This document shows, one piece after another, positions 41,025 through 53,303 of a stretch of DNA of 64,000 bases (positions are counted from its first letter, which is position 1; the number at the start of each line of letters is the position of its first letter). The DNA is from Octopus sinensis. Its lineage: Eukaryota. The stretch covers positions 37,758,001 to 37,822,000 of the forward strand of contig NC_043002.1 in assembly GCF_006345805.1 (NCBI RefSeq). Reading direction: 5' to 3'. The notes under the pieces were generated by a model. That model did no database searches, was not told the DNA's origin, and saw nothing but the letters and a program-made list of their open reading frames with translations. A program made the position numbers and the translations under genes.

Positions 41025-41672
41025 CCTGCATCTGTTGGTGGTGGCCTTATGTGGTGGTAGTTCCAGCTTTGTGCTTGTAGCCAGGTCAGCTGCTGAACAA
41101 TTTTTGTGCCATGCACAAAAACAGCTGCTGCCCCTCTCACATCTGGGTGAAGCTGGCCATTTGTTGGGTTACCGCGCACCACATCCGCATATCGTCTTTC
41201 AGGAGTGGTCAGTGCGCTTTTTTTCCTTCTTTTATATTTTTCTTTTTCTTTTTCTTTTTGTTCTCCCCAAGGAAGGGACCCCTGTCTCGCGTCCGTGCGG
41301 TTTTGGTAGGGCCTCTGATGTGCAAAGCGACAGTTCGCACCTTCGACGCCGTACCAGCAGTCCCCCTTCAGGTAGAATTTGCAGATGTTTCTTTCTTTGC
41401 CCTTATAGTTCTTGCTGGGGTCCTTATGTTTTCTCTGGACAGGGTTTGTTTTAGCTTTGATTTTCTTGCCTTTTACCTCCTGTTTCCCATCAATTTTAGG
41501 GTGTTTTTCTTTTCTTGCGGTCATCGCACCTATTTGGTCTTTAGTTGTGGTGTTGGGAGCTGGACATGTGTCATTGTTTCCCTGTGTTCTAGGTTTCTCG
41601 GTTTTGTCTTCTGTTGGGTCCTGGATGTTTTCTTCATCCTTTTGGCCTTCCCTGGTGCCGTCACCTCCTAGG
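40964..41672 (-). CDS. LINE ORF1 fragment with CCCH zinc finger
   Basis: Open frame containing C-x7-C-x8-C-x3-H (CKFYLKGDCWYGVEGANCRFAH); overlaps the ORF2 start by 61 nt. Confidence 0.75.
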
Positions 41673-41757
41673 ATATGTATGCTTATACATACACATACAT
41701 CATACACACATATACATACATACATATTTATGTATGCATGTTTATATATATATATAT

Positions 41758-41804
<47 letters not shown>

Positions 41805-41815
<11 letters not shown>

Positions 41816-42253
41816 CTGAAATGCGAAATGTTAGTTTGTCAGGTTTTGACATTGGAACGGGTTAAAGGCCACTAGATCACGTCGGATTGACTCCAAAATT
41901 TACAGGGACATGTAAAATGGAGTGAGGATGCGTGTGGGCTAGCTTAGAAATCCCTATCTTAAAAAGTGTTGTTACCAGGGCAAAAAACGCACGCTTTGAC
42001 ACGTCTCCTCTCCTTCTCATATGTGTATGTCTTCCTCCATCTCTCTCTGTTTCCTCCCTTTTCATCAATTCCTCTCTATAACAACGTTTGACAGATACTA
42101 CTATCTTTCCTCCGCTACTTTCGCCAGCGCTGTCCCTCTTTCCTCCACCGCCTTCCCCTCTCTCTGAATATCTGTCTGCATTCATAGAGTTTTATTATCA
42201 GAAAGTAACAACCACACTCCTACCCGCGCGTAGAGCGGGTCAACTTAGGCTAG
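41805..42253 (+). mobile_element. Non-autonomous Helitron-like element
   Basis: Begins in (TA)n with tatataaatctgaaatg; 3' hairpin acccgc/gcgggt (42222-42240), then CTAG|T at 42250-42254. Confidence 0.85.
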
Positions 42254-42854
42254 TATATATGGATTTCTTCATTTCTCTACAACGTTGCGGCTGTTGTTTC
42301 AGGAAGGCAAATACTCGACAAGACCCGTCAAGAAGTTAGTATATATACAATGATTAGGTTTAGCGAATATTAGGCTTCGTGAAATGGCGGTAGTCATATT
42401 CTAAGGTTGTGAATAAATAAAGGCTTTAGAATAGTGGATTATAGACCAATACGATCGAAATAACGTATTCATCCATTTCGCGTATACATATACACACAGT
42501 TACATTTATGCTTTTATAACTGTTTCACATGTATATGTATGTATGCATATATATATGTTTGTATATATATATGTGTGTGTGTGAGTGTATATATATATAT
42601 ATGTATGTATATGTGTGTGTATGTGTTTGTGTATGCGTATATATATGAAGGCATATATATACATGTTTTTATATCACATATATGTGTGTATTCGTGCATA
42701 CTTATATAGTTTTACTTATACGCACTTACGTATATAAGTCTGAACATGCGCATGTATATAAAGACAGATCCGTTGCCGCAAGCCTTTCTTCAATGCTTTC
42801 AGCACGTAGAGAAATATCATGATCTGATCCCGGTTTATTAATTTAGTATGAAAT

Positions 42855-42928
42855 TCAGGTGTCAGCGTATGCCCGTAACATGATTAAGGAGATCAGTAAT
42901 GCAATGAAATTATTCTTAATCAAGCAGT
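42855..42928 (-). CDS. Candidate terminal exon (CLIKNNFIALLISLIMLRAYADT*)
   Basis: Acceptor ttttattcttAG; in frame with the 48255-48347 exon; AATAAA at 42834-42839; conserved with 28328-28397. Confidence 0.45.
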
Positions 42929-43785
42929 CTAAGAATAAAATCTTCCTTATTGACAAGTTAATAACACACAGTAATATCCACCTCAGTTCCAAAAACTGAT
43001 CCTATTCTTCTAACGTAAGTATACAATACCAACGATTCGAAAGATATGTTGTACAATATTGATATAATGACTTAAACTAGTAAGGCAATTAATACTGCAT
43101 TTATTGCTAGAAGCTTTCCAATCAATTTTACCGAAATGATGTTTATACAGATGGGAGTGTAGTAAAATTGTTATGTATCATATAATGCATCCCTCTGAGT
43201 TTGTGATGATTTGCGAAGTGAAGCATATTAGCTGCTGTTTCTAGTTGGCTGAAAGGCTAACGAGGTTTAAGTTGTAAATTCAGATCTTATCGTTTATGTT
43301 GGACAGTAGTCAGAACAGCTCTGCTCAAGGTTTAATATAAGACGAACAAACAATGTATACCAAACTATTTTCCTTGTTCTACCGCTACTGCTGTGGACAG
43401 CCATATTTTCTTATCGCTACTGTAGTGGACAGCCATTACCCCTACGAATTGATTGGGCTTATGTCATCTCTGCTGGAATCCAATTTGCCTCTCTCCATCC
43501 CACCATGTTTACTGTATCAAACACACATAGCTCCGTACAAATTACTACACACAATATTTCGTTCTCAGATCGTCGGCCCTCTGGAGGTCCTTTCCTGTAA
43601 ATGTTATTCTCATAAAGCAGGAATGATTACGGTTTGATCAATTTACCTTCCTGAATAATGATTATGATAATCTATCAAAACCAGGAACTTCGTGTATAGT
43701 AATTTTTGTTACTGAGTTTCTTTGTTGATATTTTATACTGTCACTTCCTAAATTACCTTTAATTTATTTCTCCTCTGTATATATA

Positions 43786-44046
43786 TAGCCTTTGTTCGGG
43801 CATCCTTCTAGGAGAAGGTAACTCAGGTAACTGGGATGACTCTGACATAAAACCTGCGGCTCAGTGGTTACCGAAGATGTTGACTTGTTCTTCTTTTCGG
43901 ATTATGGCTGCTGTTGCTTAGTGAATGGGATTGACTCAGAGCACGGCCTTTCCTCACTTTAAAAAAATCTTCTTGCACAGGCATTGCACGATAACAACAT
44001 TGATTAAGCTTCGTGTAATGGCCATACTCGATAACGAGGGGGCAGC

Positions 44047-44050
<4 letters not shown>
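43786..44050. mobile_element. Dispersed repeat family D, copy 2, inside (TA)n
   Basis: Aligns with 7312-7577. Confidence 0.8.
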
Positions 44051-44108
<58 letters not shown>

Positions 44109-44627
44109 CTTCTGCTATATTCTTTCACAAGTACATTGAAAGAAAAATATTTTAAAACTTCCTGCACTGAAGAGTACAATATATATAATTAGATTAATTT
44201 AATTCATTTAATCTAATTCAATCATGAATTTTCATTATTTTTATATCTCTACGAAACGATCGTCTACAAGAATTAAAATTATCTCATATATTTTAACAAT
44301 TAGTCTTCTCCATTTTAAACTGAATTGATGAGATTTTGGGACTTCTTTCCATAAATTAACCATACATCATAGACAAATGTTACTTTCATATCTTCGCAAA
44401 TTTACGCTTGTAAACTACCAGCAAAATATGAAGAATCAACATTAAAAATATTGTTTGGAAACCTCCAAATTAAAGGACGAATTAGCATTCACTCTTTGAT
44501 CATTCCTCTCATATGTATGTAATACAATTTACTGAACCTTAGTTTTTTAATATGGTAGACCACTGGTGTTAAATTGATGTTATCAAATTAATATCCAATT
44601 TTTCACCCTCATTTTGATTTTACATAC

Positions 44628-44692
<65 letters not shown>

Positions 44693-44731
44693 GTATGTAT
44701 GTATTATGTATGTATGTATGTAATCAAAATG

Positions 44732-44799
<68 letters not shown>

Positions 44800-45410
44800 G
44801 CACGCGTGCGTGTGTAGGAACTTGACTCAGTTTAACCTTGCTTGAAGTTTCGTAGGAGAAAATGAGCACTAATATTTTCAAACTTCAAAGAATCAGTTTG
44901 AGGATGCAAACGCATATCTGTACTCACCTACAAATTATTGAATAATGAAGGGCTGAGTCATTGATTACAATTCTAACGACACACATTCAGTAACATTTAG
45001 TCGTTTACTTCTTTTTAGATATTATGGTATGACGTGAATTAAATCTTTGCTACTATATGTAGCATGACAATGTAGTGGCTTTTTCATGAGCTTGCTTAGC
45101 TACTCCTCGTTGTCGTCTACAGGAGTATTTCTAATTTTCTTTTTCAGTATGGATACCTAATTCTTTTATCCACTCGAGTCTTTACGTAGTGAATTCAATC
45201 ATTTCAACCAGTCTAAACCACTCCTAATATTGACATTATTTCTTTTTACTGTAGGCATAAGGTCTGGAATCTTGGGGAACATAATGAACCAGAAGAAATT
45301 CTTCCAGGCATTTTTTTTCCGGGGCGGTAACGACTCTGCCGGGTAGATGCTTTGGGATTGTTATTAATAATACTGTCAATAAAGGCAATGAATTGGTAGC
45401 TGAACTTATT

Positions 45411-47112
45411 TCTTTATTGCCCTCAGGGGGCTAAACATAGAGGGGACAAACAAGGAAAAAGGAGAAAAGTCAATTACACCAACCCCAGTGCGTAACTGGT
45501 ACTTATTTAATCGACACCGTAAGGATGAAAGGCAAAGTCGACCTTGGCGGAATTTGAACTCAAAAACGTAACGACAGACGAAATACCTATTTCTTTACTA
45601 CCCACAAGGGGTTAAACACAGAGGGGACAAACAAGGACAGACAAACGGATTAAGTCGATTATATCGACCCCAGTGCGTAACTGCTACTTATTTAATCGAC
45701 TCCGAAAGGATGAAAGGCAAAGTCGACCTCGGCGGAATTTGAACTCAGGACGTAACGGCAGACGAAATACGAGGGACGTTCAATAAGTAATGCCCCTGAC
45801 CCACTTGCTGTTGTTTGATCTAGCTGACATTTTGTATGTGCAATTATTTATATCTATATAGATTAAGAGGCAAATTACAACTCTGAACTAATTGTGGTTT
45901 CTGATTTACAAGTGTTTGAACTGAGTCAAGTGTGAAATAAAGCCTGTTGAGTGTCGAGCAGTGATCCGGTTTTTGTATTTGAAAGGACGCACACCACGGG
46001 AGACTTTTGATGAAATGAAAGTAACTTATGGTGATGATGTCCCGTCATATGACCCTGTAAAACGCTGGCATCGTGAATTCAAATATGGTCGGAACTCTGT
46101 GGAAACAGCTCCCAGATCTGGTCGACCCCCTTCTGCCATTGATGAGGCATCTGTCCGTCAAGTTGAGGCTGCCATTTTGGAAGATCGACTCATAACTATT
46201 CGCCAAATAGCCCAAGAGGTCAAGATTAGTACCGGGTCTGTGGAAACTATCATTCATGACCATTTGCATATGCAAAAGGTGTCTGCCAGATGAATTCCCA
46301 GGTTGCTCACACCTTTCCAGAAGCAAGAATGCGTCGAGTGCTCGAGGATGAATTTGGAGATGTGCCAAGAAGATGGGTCAAAACTTTCAAAAGGCTGATT
46401 ACACAGGATGAAACCTGGGTCCATCACTATGATCCAGAGACCAAAGCCCAGTCAATGCAGTGGAAGCACCGTGACTCACCTCCTCCAAAGAAGGCAAGGG
46501 TGCAGCCCTCCGCTGGCAAGGTCATGCTCACAGTCTTCTGGGACCAGGACGGAGTAGTGATGACAGATTTCCTGGCAAAGGGTACCACAATTACAGGAGC
46601 CTATTATGCTTCACTTTTGAGGAAATTAAGAGAAGCTATCAAAATCAAGAGGCGGGGCAAGATCAGCAATGGCATCCTCCTGCTGCAGGACAACGCTCCG
46701 GTCCACAACTCACGTGTCGCCAGATCAGAAGCACAGGAGTGCGGCTAAGAACTCCTCCCCCATCCCCCCTACTCTCCTGACCTTGCACCCTCTGATTTCC
46801 ACCTCTCCCCAGCCAGGAAGTTGTTTTTGAAAGGAAAGCGTTTCCCAGATGATGCAGCCTTGATTTCTGAAGCCAAGTCGTGGTTGGAGGTCCAAGCTGG
46901 GGTCTTCTACAAAAACGGTCTCCATAGCTGCCACAAACGATGGGAGTAGTGTGTAACTCTGGGTGGTTGCTATGTAGAACAAGACTAATAACTGTGCTAA
47001 GTTTCGTTGCTCTACTGCTATGGGAAGTGGGTCAGGGGCATTACTTATTGAACGCCCCTCGTACGGCTACGCATTTCGCCCGGCGTGCTAACGATTCTGC
47101 CTGCTCGCCACC
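45411..47112 (-). mobile_element. SINE family A head-to-tail dimer, interrupted by a mariner
   Basis: Two SINE bodies; TSD tggtagctgaacttatt / tggtcgctgaacatatt at 45394-45410 and 47113-47129. Confidence 0.85.
45770..47061 (+). mobile_element. Full-length 1292-bp mariner (DD34D, irritans-like), inactivated
   Basis: 37-bp TIRs with 1 mismatch, TA duplication; RSGRP, ITQDETW, QDNAPVH and HPPYSPDLAPSD motifs; stops at 46291-93 and 46746-48 plus a frameshift. Confidence 0.97.
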
Positions 47113-48254
47113 TGGTCGCTGAACATATTGAGTGGCAGCATTCTGTCATTTTACTCTCTGAGTTCTAATAACGCCGAAATCGAATTTGCTTTCCGTCTGC
47201 CGGAGTTAATTAAACAAGTTTTCCCTTCAACACTATAGGGTCAATGTCATCGTCTTACCACTTTTCCTAAAAATTGTTGATTCTGTGCCTAAATAGGAAA
47301 CTATTACCAATAGCAATCCCTATATACCTACATGTGAACCAATTAGAATACTACTATATGGTCGCTTGCCTTGCAAGTAATAGCAGTGTAATCTTACAAA
47401 TTAGACATTGCTGTCTTGTAAACTGATGAGATTCATTTACCAATGTAACACTAGATGCTCAAGTTTGGAAATCCTTCAGTTAACAGCCTTTGTCAAACAG
47501 AGGTGGGGTAAACTAAAACATAGGTGGCTTTAATATTTCTTGGATAGTAATCAAAATAAAAAAAAGGAAATCTGTTCAATGCAAGTCAGCCGGAGGAGGG
47601 TCTTTGGTATGTGTTAGATAAGAGGAACGGTTATAATCAATTTTTTTTTCCGACAGTTTTCATGTTTCTATGTTGATAGAAATTCTCGGAAGTAAAAATT
47701 AAGGGTCACCACAACACAAAACAAAAGCGACAAGAACGAGAGGCAGTTGTACTGCTAATAACGACGGCAAAAATGTTGATAATGTTGATGATGACGACAA
47801 TGGTGTTGATGATAAATATAATGAAGAGGACGACGTTGACGACAACTACGGCCAAGACGACGAATATGTCGATGACGATGATGGTAAAGACGATGAAGAA
47901 AATGGTGGCGACGACGACGATGATAGCGACGACGACGGCACCTCAGCTGCCGATGACGATGCTGTCGTCGCCGTCGGTAACAACAATGATGATGTTGATG
48001 TAGGCGGCGGCGGCGGCGAAGACAACGCCAAAGACGACAACGTAAACAACAACGATGGTGATGGTGGTGCTGATGAAGTTTACGAAGATAATACTGACGA
48101 CGAAGACGACGGCTACATCAATGATGATATTGGTAATGATACTGACACCGAAGGAACGTACTTTTCATCTGAAAAGTCTGTCTTTTATTTCGTTAATCGA
48201 GAAACTACAGTGTTGTTGTTTCATTGTTCTATAATCCATCCAGTTCTATCTTAC

Positions 48255-48347
48255 AAAACACTAATTCATTGCACTTCAAGTCGACATATTTCATCTCTTT
48301 GTTGACTTCTAATTGGTTGACAATGGCCGAATTTGCGATGTCTTCGG
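48255..48347 (-). CDS. Candidate 93-nt phase-1/1 exon, copy 2 (EDIANSAIVNQLEVNKEMKYVDLKCNELVF)
   Basis: Same splice signals as copy 1; one amino-acid difference (S/A). Confidence 0.5.
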
Positions 48348-48770
48348 CTTTTTGTTACGAAAGGAGAAAACCAGAAAATCATTATTGGCAAGATTATTTA
48401 TTTCAATTTAATTATTTTCTTATTATTATATTTTCTTCGTTCGAATATTATAATATTAAAAATGCGATAATACATTATCGACCTAGATATTGTGGCCCTA
48501 CAAACATACGTACACACATACAAACACGCATGCATACATACAGACATACATAATGCATGCATAAGTACTAACAGACAGACAGACAGACGCACACATGCAC
48601 AGACTCACGCAAACATAGATAAATATATATATATATACATAGATAAATATAGATGTGTACATACATACATTTATATATACACATATATATATACATATGT
48701 ATAAATACATATATATATATAACGAATATAATATTTAAATAGGCCACTTCGTATAACAATATATATATTC

Positions 48771-48802
<32 letters not shown>

Positions 48803-49561
48803 TATATATATTATATATATATATCATGTTATAATTCTTCCACCATTATTCTTTACTATAAGATTACAAAACTTAGTATTTCTTAGAAACACAGACAGTC
48901 TTCTTTCGTATTTTCTTTCATTTCCTTATCTTGTATATAGGCTCTTTTTATCTTTCGATTGTCTAAGTGCTTTCCGATTTGTATTTTTAGCAGTGGTTTA
49001 ACTCTGTAAATAGATGTGCTATGTCTTCGATATCGAGCAAGAATACATATTTTTCGATAATCTCTAAAACAGTCGCACAAACACACACACAAACATAAAT
49101 TTGTATGGGCGCGCGTGTGTATATGTTCTATGAAATCAAGATTCATTTGGATACATATATATGTGTTACGTTTCGAGTAGTTCTTGGTTTCAAAGGATTG
49201 TTCAAAGCTTTCAACTATAACGCTAAATGGCTTCTGCAAATAATTTTATCCCAACTAATAATCACACACCTACTCACACAGACACACACACAGACACAAG
49301 CGCAAACTCATCACATAGATACATTGTGGGATAATGTAATATTATGGTTATTATTCCTTATTTACTTTTAGAATACACACTTTGAATAAAGCCAGAACTC
49401 TGTATTAGGGAAATGGCAGGAATAAATCGCTGAGAATCTTTCCCTGCCGTTTTTCTTTAAGTAGCAAGTTTTCAATGGAAAGGCGACAAAATGAGACGAT
49501 GACGACGACGATAATGATGATGTTGATAGTGATGATGATGGTAATGATGATGATGATGATA

Positions 49562-49623
<62 letters not shown>

Positions 49624-49639
49624 TAATAATAATAATAAT

Positions 49640-50195
49640 GCCTTGATGCAGTAACAGACCGTGGCTCTCATGTCTTCTGATATTAACTGATTGCAAGTGT
49701 TATAATGTACATTGTTTTCTCTCGGTATGAAAATGGGCCACAACAAATATTCTGCTCAATAATACTACATATTTACTTGTCAGTTGTTTGACCATAACCA
49801 GTTGAGCGTGTCCCTTGGTGGCTGACGATATGTGCATCTCTGATAAGGAGCAGAAGTAGTGGGGAGCATCATAGCTATGCGCTGAGAGGAATTCTTTGGG
49901 GGTTTGGATAATTCACCTTTGGAAACATAGGTGTTTTATTCAACATCCTTAAAATCCCTTATTCAGGGACATTTTGGGTGGGGCGGGATACTCGACCTGA
50001 CGAAAATTCAAACTGGGCCCCACCTGCAAAGTCATGCGCTGTTTATCTTGACAGGATATCACAATGTCTGGTACACATGGTTAGCATGGATGTGTCTGGT
50101 GTAACCTTATCAGACGGATAGTCATGATGGGTATACTGGACTTCGTATATTTTTACGCTAGTGTCACTTTGATGGCATTCATTGCTCTCTCACTC
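49640..50195 (+). mobile_element. Non-coding interspersed-repeat-like insert between (AAT)n tracts
   Basis: GC-richer 556-bp block with sharp edges, flanked by (AAT)n on both sides. Confidence 0.5.
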
Positions 50196-50229
50196 AATAA
50201 TAATGATGATGATGATGGTAATAACAGCA

Positions 50230-51072
50230 TGGAAAGAGAAAAAATTTACAGTCAGTTTTGAAGAGATACGAACACAAGATACAAAAGATTGTTTTTTATT
50301 GATGATGAGGAGTTATCTGAAGATAGAGACAGAAGCACTTGTAAGCGCAGCTCCAGAACAATCTTTAAGGACTATTTGAAGTGCAGAATCGACAACACTA
50401 CCGACAGCGACAAATGCAGAATGTGTGGTAAGAGGGGTGAAATGGTATGGCACATCATTAGTGAATACCCGAAATTGGCACAACGCGAATACAAAAGACG
50501 ATATGATGATGTGGTAAGAATGATCCGTTGGGAGCTCTGTGGAAATCACGACGTACAATGAGCAAAGACGTTGCATGATCATACAACAGAAGAAGTCACC
50601 GAGAATGAAAATTGCAAAACTCTTCAGGATGCCTTGAATCAATGCGATCACCTGACCAGACATCGGAAACCGGACGTTGTTGTGGTGGAAGAAAAGAAAG
50701 AATGAACATCTATGATAATCGACTTAACATGTGCCGGTAACAACAAGATCAAAGATAAAGAAGAAAAAATGAAAAAACTGTGACGATTTGAAGTGGGAAA
50801 TATGAAGGTTGTGGTCAATGAGGAGTGTAGACGTGGTATCAAAAGCAATTGGTACCCTTGGAAGTATTAGTATTCAACTACCAGCATGACTCAAAAATGA
50901 TTGCTACAAATATAATGGTAGAACACCTTCTACAAAATTCAGCATTGCTTAGAACTACAAGAATTCTTTGTAGGATTCTTAAAGCATGATCAGTAAACGA
51001 GTGTCACCTTAGTCTACTGACTATGATGGACAGCTGACACTCTCCATCATACCCAGCAAAATAAGCCGTGAG
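50230..51072 (+). mobile_element. R4/Dong-like non-LTR 3' relic (zinc knuckle and REL endonuclease)
   Basis: CRMCG...HIIS...LAQREYKRR, RKPDVVVV, IID, KEEK and IGTLG motifs; 3' UTR ending aaaataagccgtgag. Confidence 0.85.
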
Positions 51073-51082
51073 CTTTCATTTT

Positions 51083-51186
51083 ACTTCTGTGACCTCATCA
51101 GTAGTCCTTTGCTTTCTTCTTTCTTATTTGTGTGAAATAAGATAAGAAAGAAGAAAGCAAAGGACCACTGATGAGGTCACAGAAGT
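51083..51186. repeat. 45-bp inverted repeat (1 mismatch, 14-bp spacer), Penelope-like end
   Basis: 51083-51127 versus 51142-51186. Confidence 0.9.
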
Positions 51187-51204
51187 GTGACGAAAGAACT
51201 CTGG
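51165..51204 (+). ncRNA. Minimal type-I hammerhead ribozyme-like motif, canonical core
   Basis: cca-CTGATGA-g-GTCAC/agaagt/GTGAC-GAAA-g aa c-TC-tgg; stem I is only 3 bp. Confidence 0.55.
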
Positions 51205-51378
51205 CGGAGATAAGATTAATATAAAAATATAAAATAAGCTGAAGCAAATTAACACCAAATATATAGTGTATGTGTTTTTATTGGCTAAACTGGCAACATG
51301 ACCGTCCCCAAATATAACAACATCTGTTTCAATACACGATTTCACATCAAGTATCTTGCAAAACGAATATATAACGTG

Positions 51379-51438
<60 letters not shown>

Positions 51439-51541
51439 TCAGCTCAGAGCTGCGGCCATGCTGATGCACCGCCGTTTATATATGCAATATATATGTACAT
51501 ATATGCATATGTATATACATATATATATATATATATATATA

Positions 51542-51591
<50 letters not shown>

Positions 51592-52421
51592 ATGCATGTA
51601 TATATATATATGTATGTATGTTTGTAACAATCGATATTCACAAACTCCGTCATGTAGTGACTGTGAATGCATACAAATCACAATATAGGTACAGATGATA
51701 ACATTAATTCAGAACAAGAGTTGCGTAATTGCATTCATTAAGTTGCAGCTTATTCAGCTACAGGAACACTGCATATACTATTGCATGCTATACAATGATC
51801 AAAGCCTTTAATGGGGTTTCTATTACACAACATGTAACGTTAGTTGAATAAAAGAAACCTTTGCAATATCTTCGTGCTGCTTATGAAAATAGATGACAAA
51901 TTGGATCAACTCAGCCCTCTTCAATACATTGAATGCAATTGAAATTTGATGAATACATATTTCAATATTTAAGAAAGCGAAAACTGGATGCTGCAGTTAC
52001 GATTTATTTTCGATAGTTTGAAAGACATATGTATTCAGCATTGCACACTGTTGGTATTATTGTTTTTGTGATTAAGATTCACGCTAGCCCTTATCGAACA
52101 GAGCTATTGTCAAATTTCTTACAACCTTGATCAAAGTCTTTTGTTTTTATTTTCATGAAAAATATATAATACTTCGCTTAAAGAGATAAGCAGTATTTGA
52201 GGGAGATTAGTTTGCTATGTCTAGCAGGTGAGGGACCACGTAGACGATGACTTGTATTGTAGAAGCGCGTGCTTACTATTTGTAATATGTGAGCTTTGTA
52301 AATTAACTGGTTATTGAAAACTTGCTCCTACTATTTAGATTTCAAATGACCGAATTCTAACTGTAAAATACGATTCCAAAGAAATATCGACCGTTTTCTC
52401 AACCAACCCTTTCTTTCTTAC

Positions 52422-52481
52422 GTTAGAAGAATTCCATTCCAATATTTTATTTATATCTCCGAAACTGACTAATTCTATGGT
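52422..52481 (-). CDS. Candidate 60-nt exon (TIELVSFGDINKILEWNSSN)
   Basis: Long pyrimidine tract, AG acceptor, donor C|GTAAGA, open frame (phase 0/0). Confidence 0.25.
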
Positions 52482-52795
52482 CTTCACGAAGTACAAATTC
52501 AAAACGAAAGTAAAGAAGAGAAAATGAATCTTTCTGTTGAAATATTTTTGAAATAAACATAATCATTCAATTGTCCATCCTTGTCATAATGGCATTCAAT
52601 AAAATCATTCTATTAATAAAATAATTTTCGAATTTAAAAGCTTAAATATAATTCAATCGAATGTTAGCTAGAAGTAAAACAAACCTACGTTTTTCACTTT
52701 ATCACGCTTTAAATTTTTCTCGTATCTCTTTTCTTTATTCGGTTATATCTACATAGATACACGCGTATGTATACAAATATGAATAAATACATATA

Positions 52796-52852
<57 letters not shown>

Positions 52853-53267
52853 TATATATGTCTGTGTGTGGGGGTGTGGGTGTTAATATATATAAATATA
52901 ACACATACATACAAGATGTCTCCTATACGATTTCGAGTAACGTCATTAAGTGACTGTTCTCTTAATGATAAGCAGCATGGATGTGGTTTGTAAGTTCTGC
53001 TAGGGACCTAAACTCTTTTGTACAAATATAGCAACGATAGACATCTCTTGCAGCAGGATTTTCAGAGACCTCAACCTTGATATAGACACAAGCACTCATA
53101 CCATAAGTACTGGGGTCGATAGGTTCGGCAAAAATCCCTTAAGGTGGTGCTCCAGCGTAGCCGCAGTCAAATGACTGAAGCAACCAAAAGAATATATATA
53201 TATATATGAATGATCGTTAGTCACTAAACCTTTTTTTAATTTTCTCTCTCTGTTTATTCCTGTGTTC

Positions 53268-53303
53268 CTTTCTGTTGAAGAGCGTATGCTCGAAACGTAA
53301 AAG
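53268..53303 (+). ncRNA. Minimal hammerhead-like motif (variant core CTGTTGA) in a Penelope-like terminal repeat
   Basis: cttt-CTGTTGA-a-GAGC/gtat/GCTC-GAAA-CG-TA-aaag; palindromic ACGT stem III; 4-bp stem I. Confidence 0.5.

Noticed and set aside
42999-43020. 16-mer attcttctaacgtaag shared with the 52422 exon end on the opposite strand
   Set aside because: Plausible by chance in AT-rich sequence of this size.
48224-48553. 109-aa plus-strand ORF across the duplicated block
   Set aside because: Stops early in copy 1, runs into microsatellite and has no donor; the minus-strand exon explains the block better.
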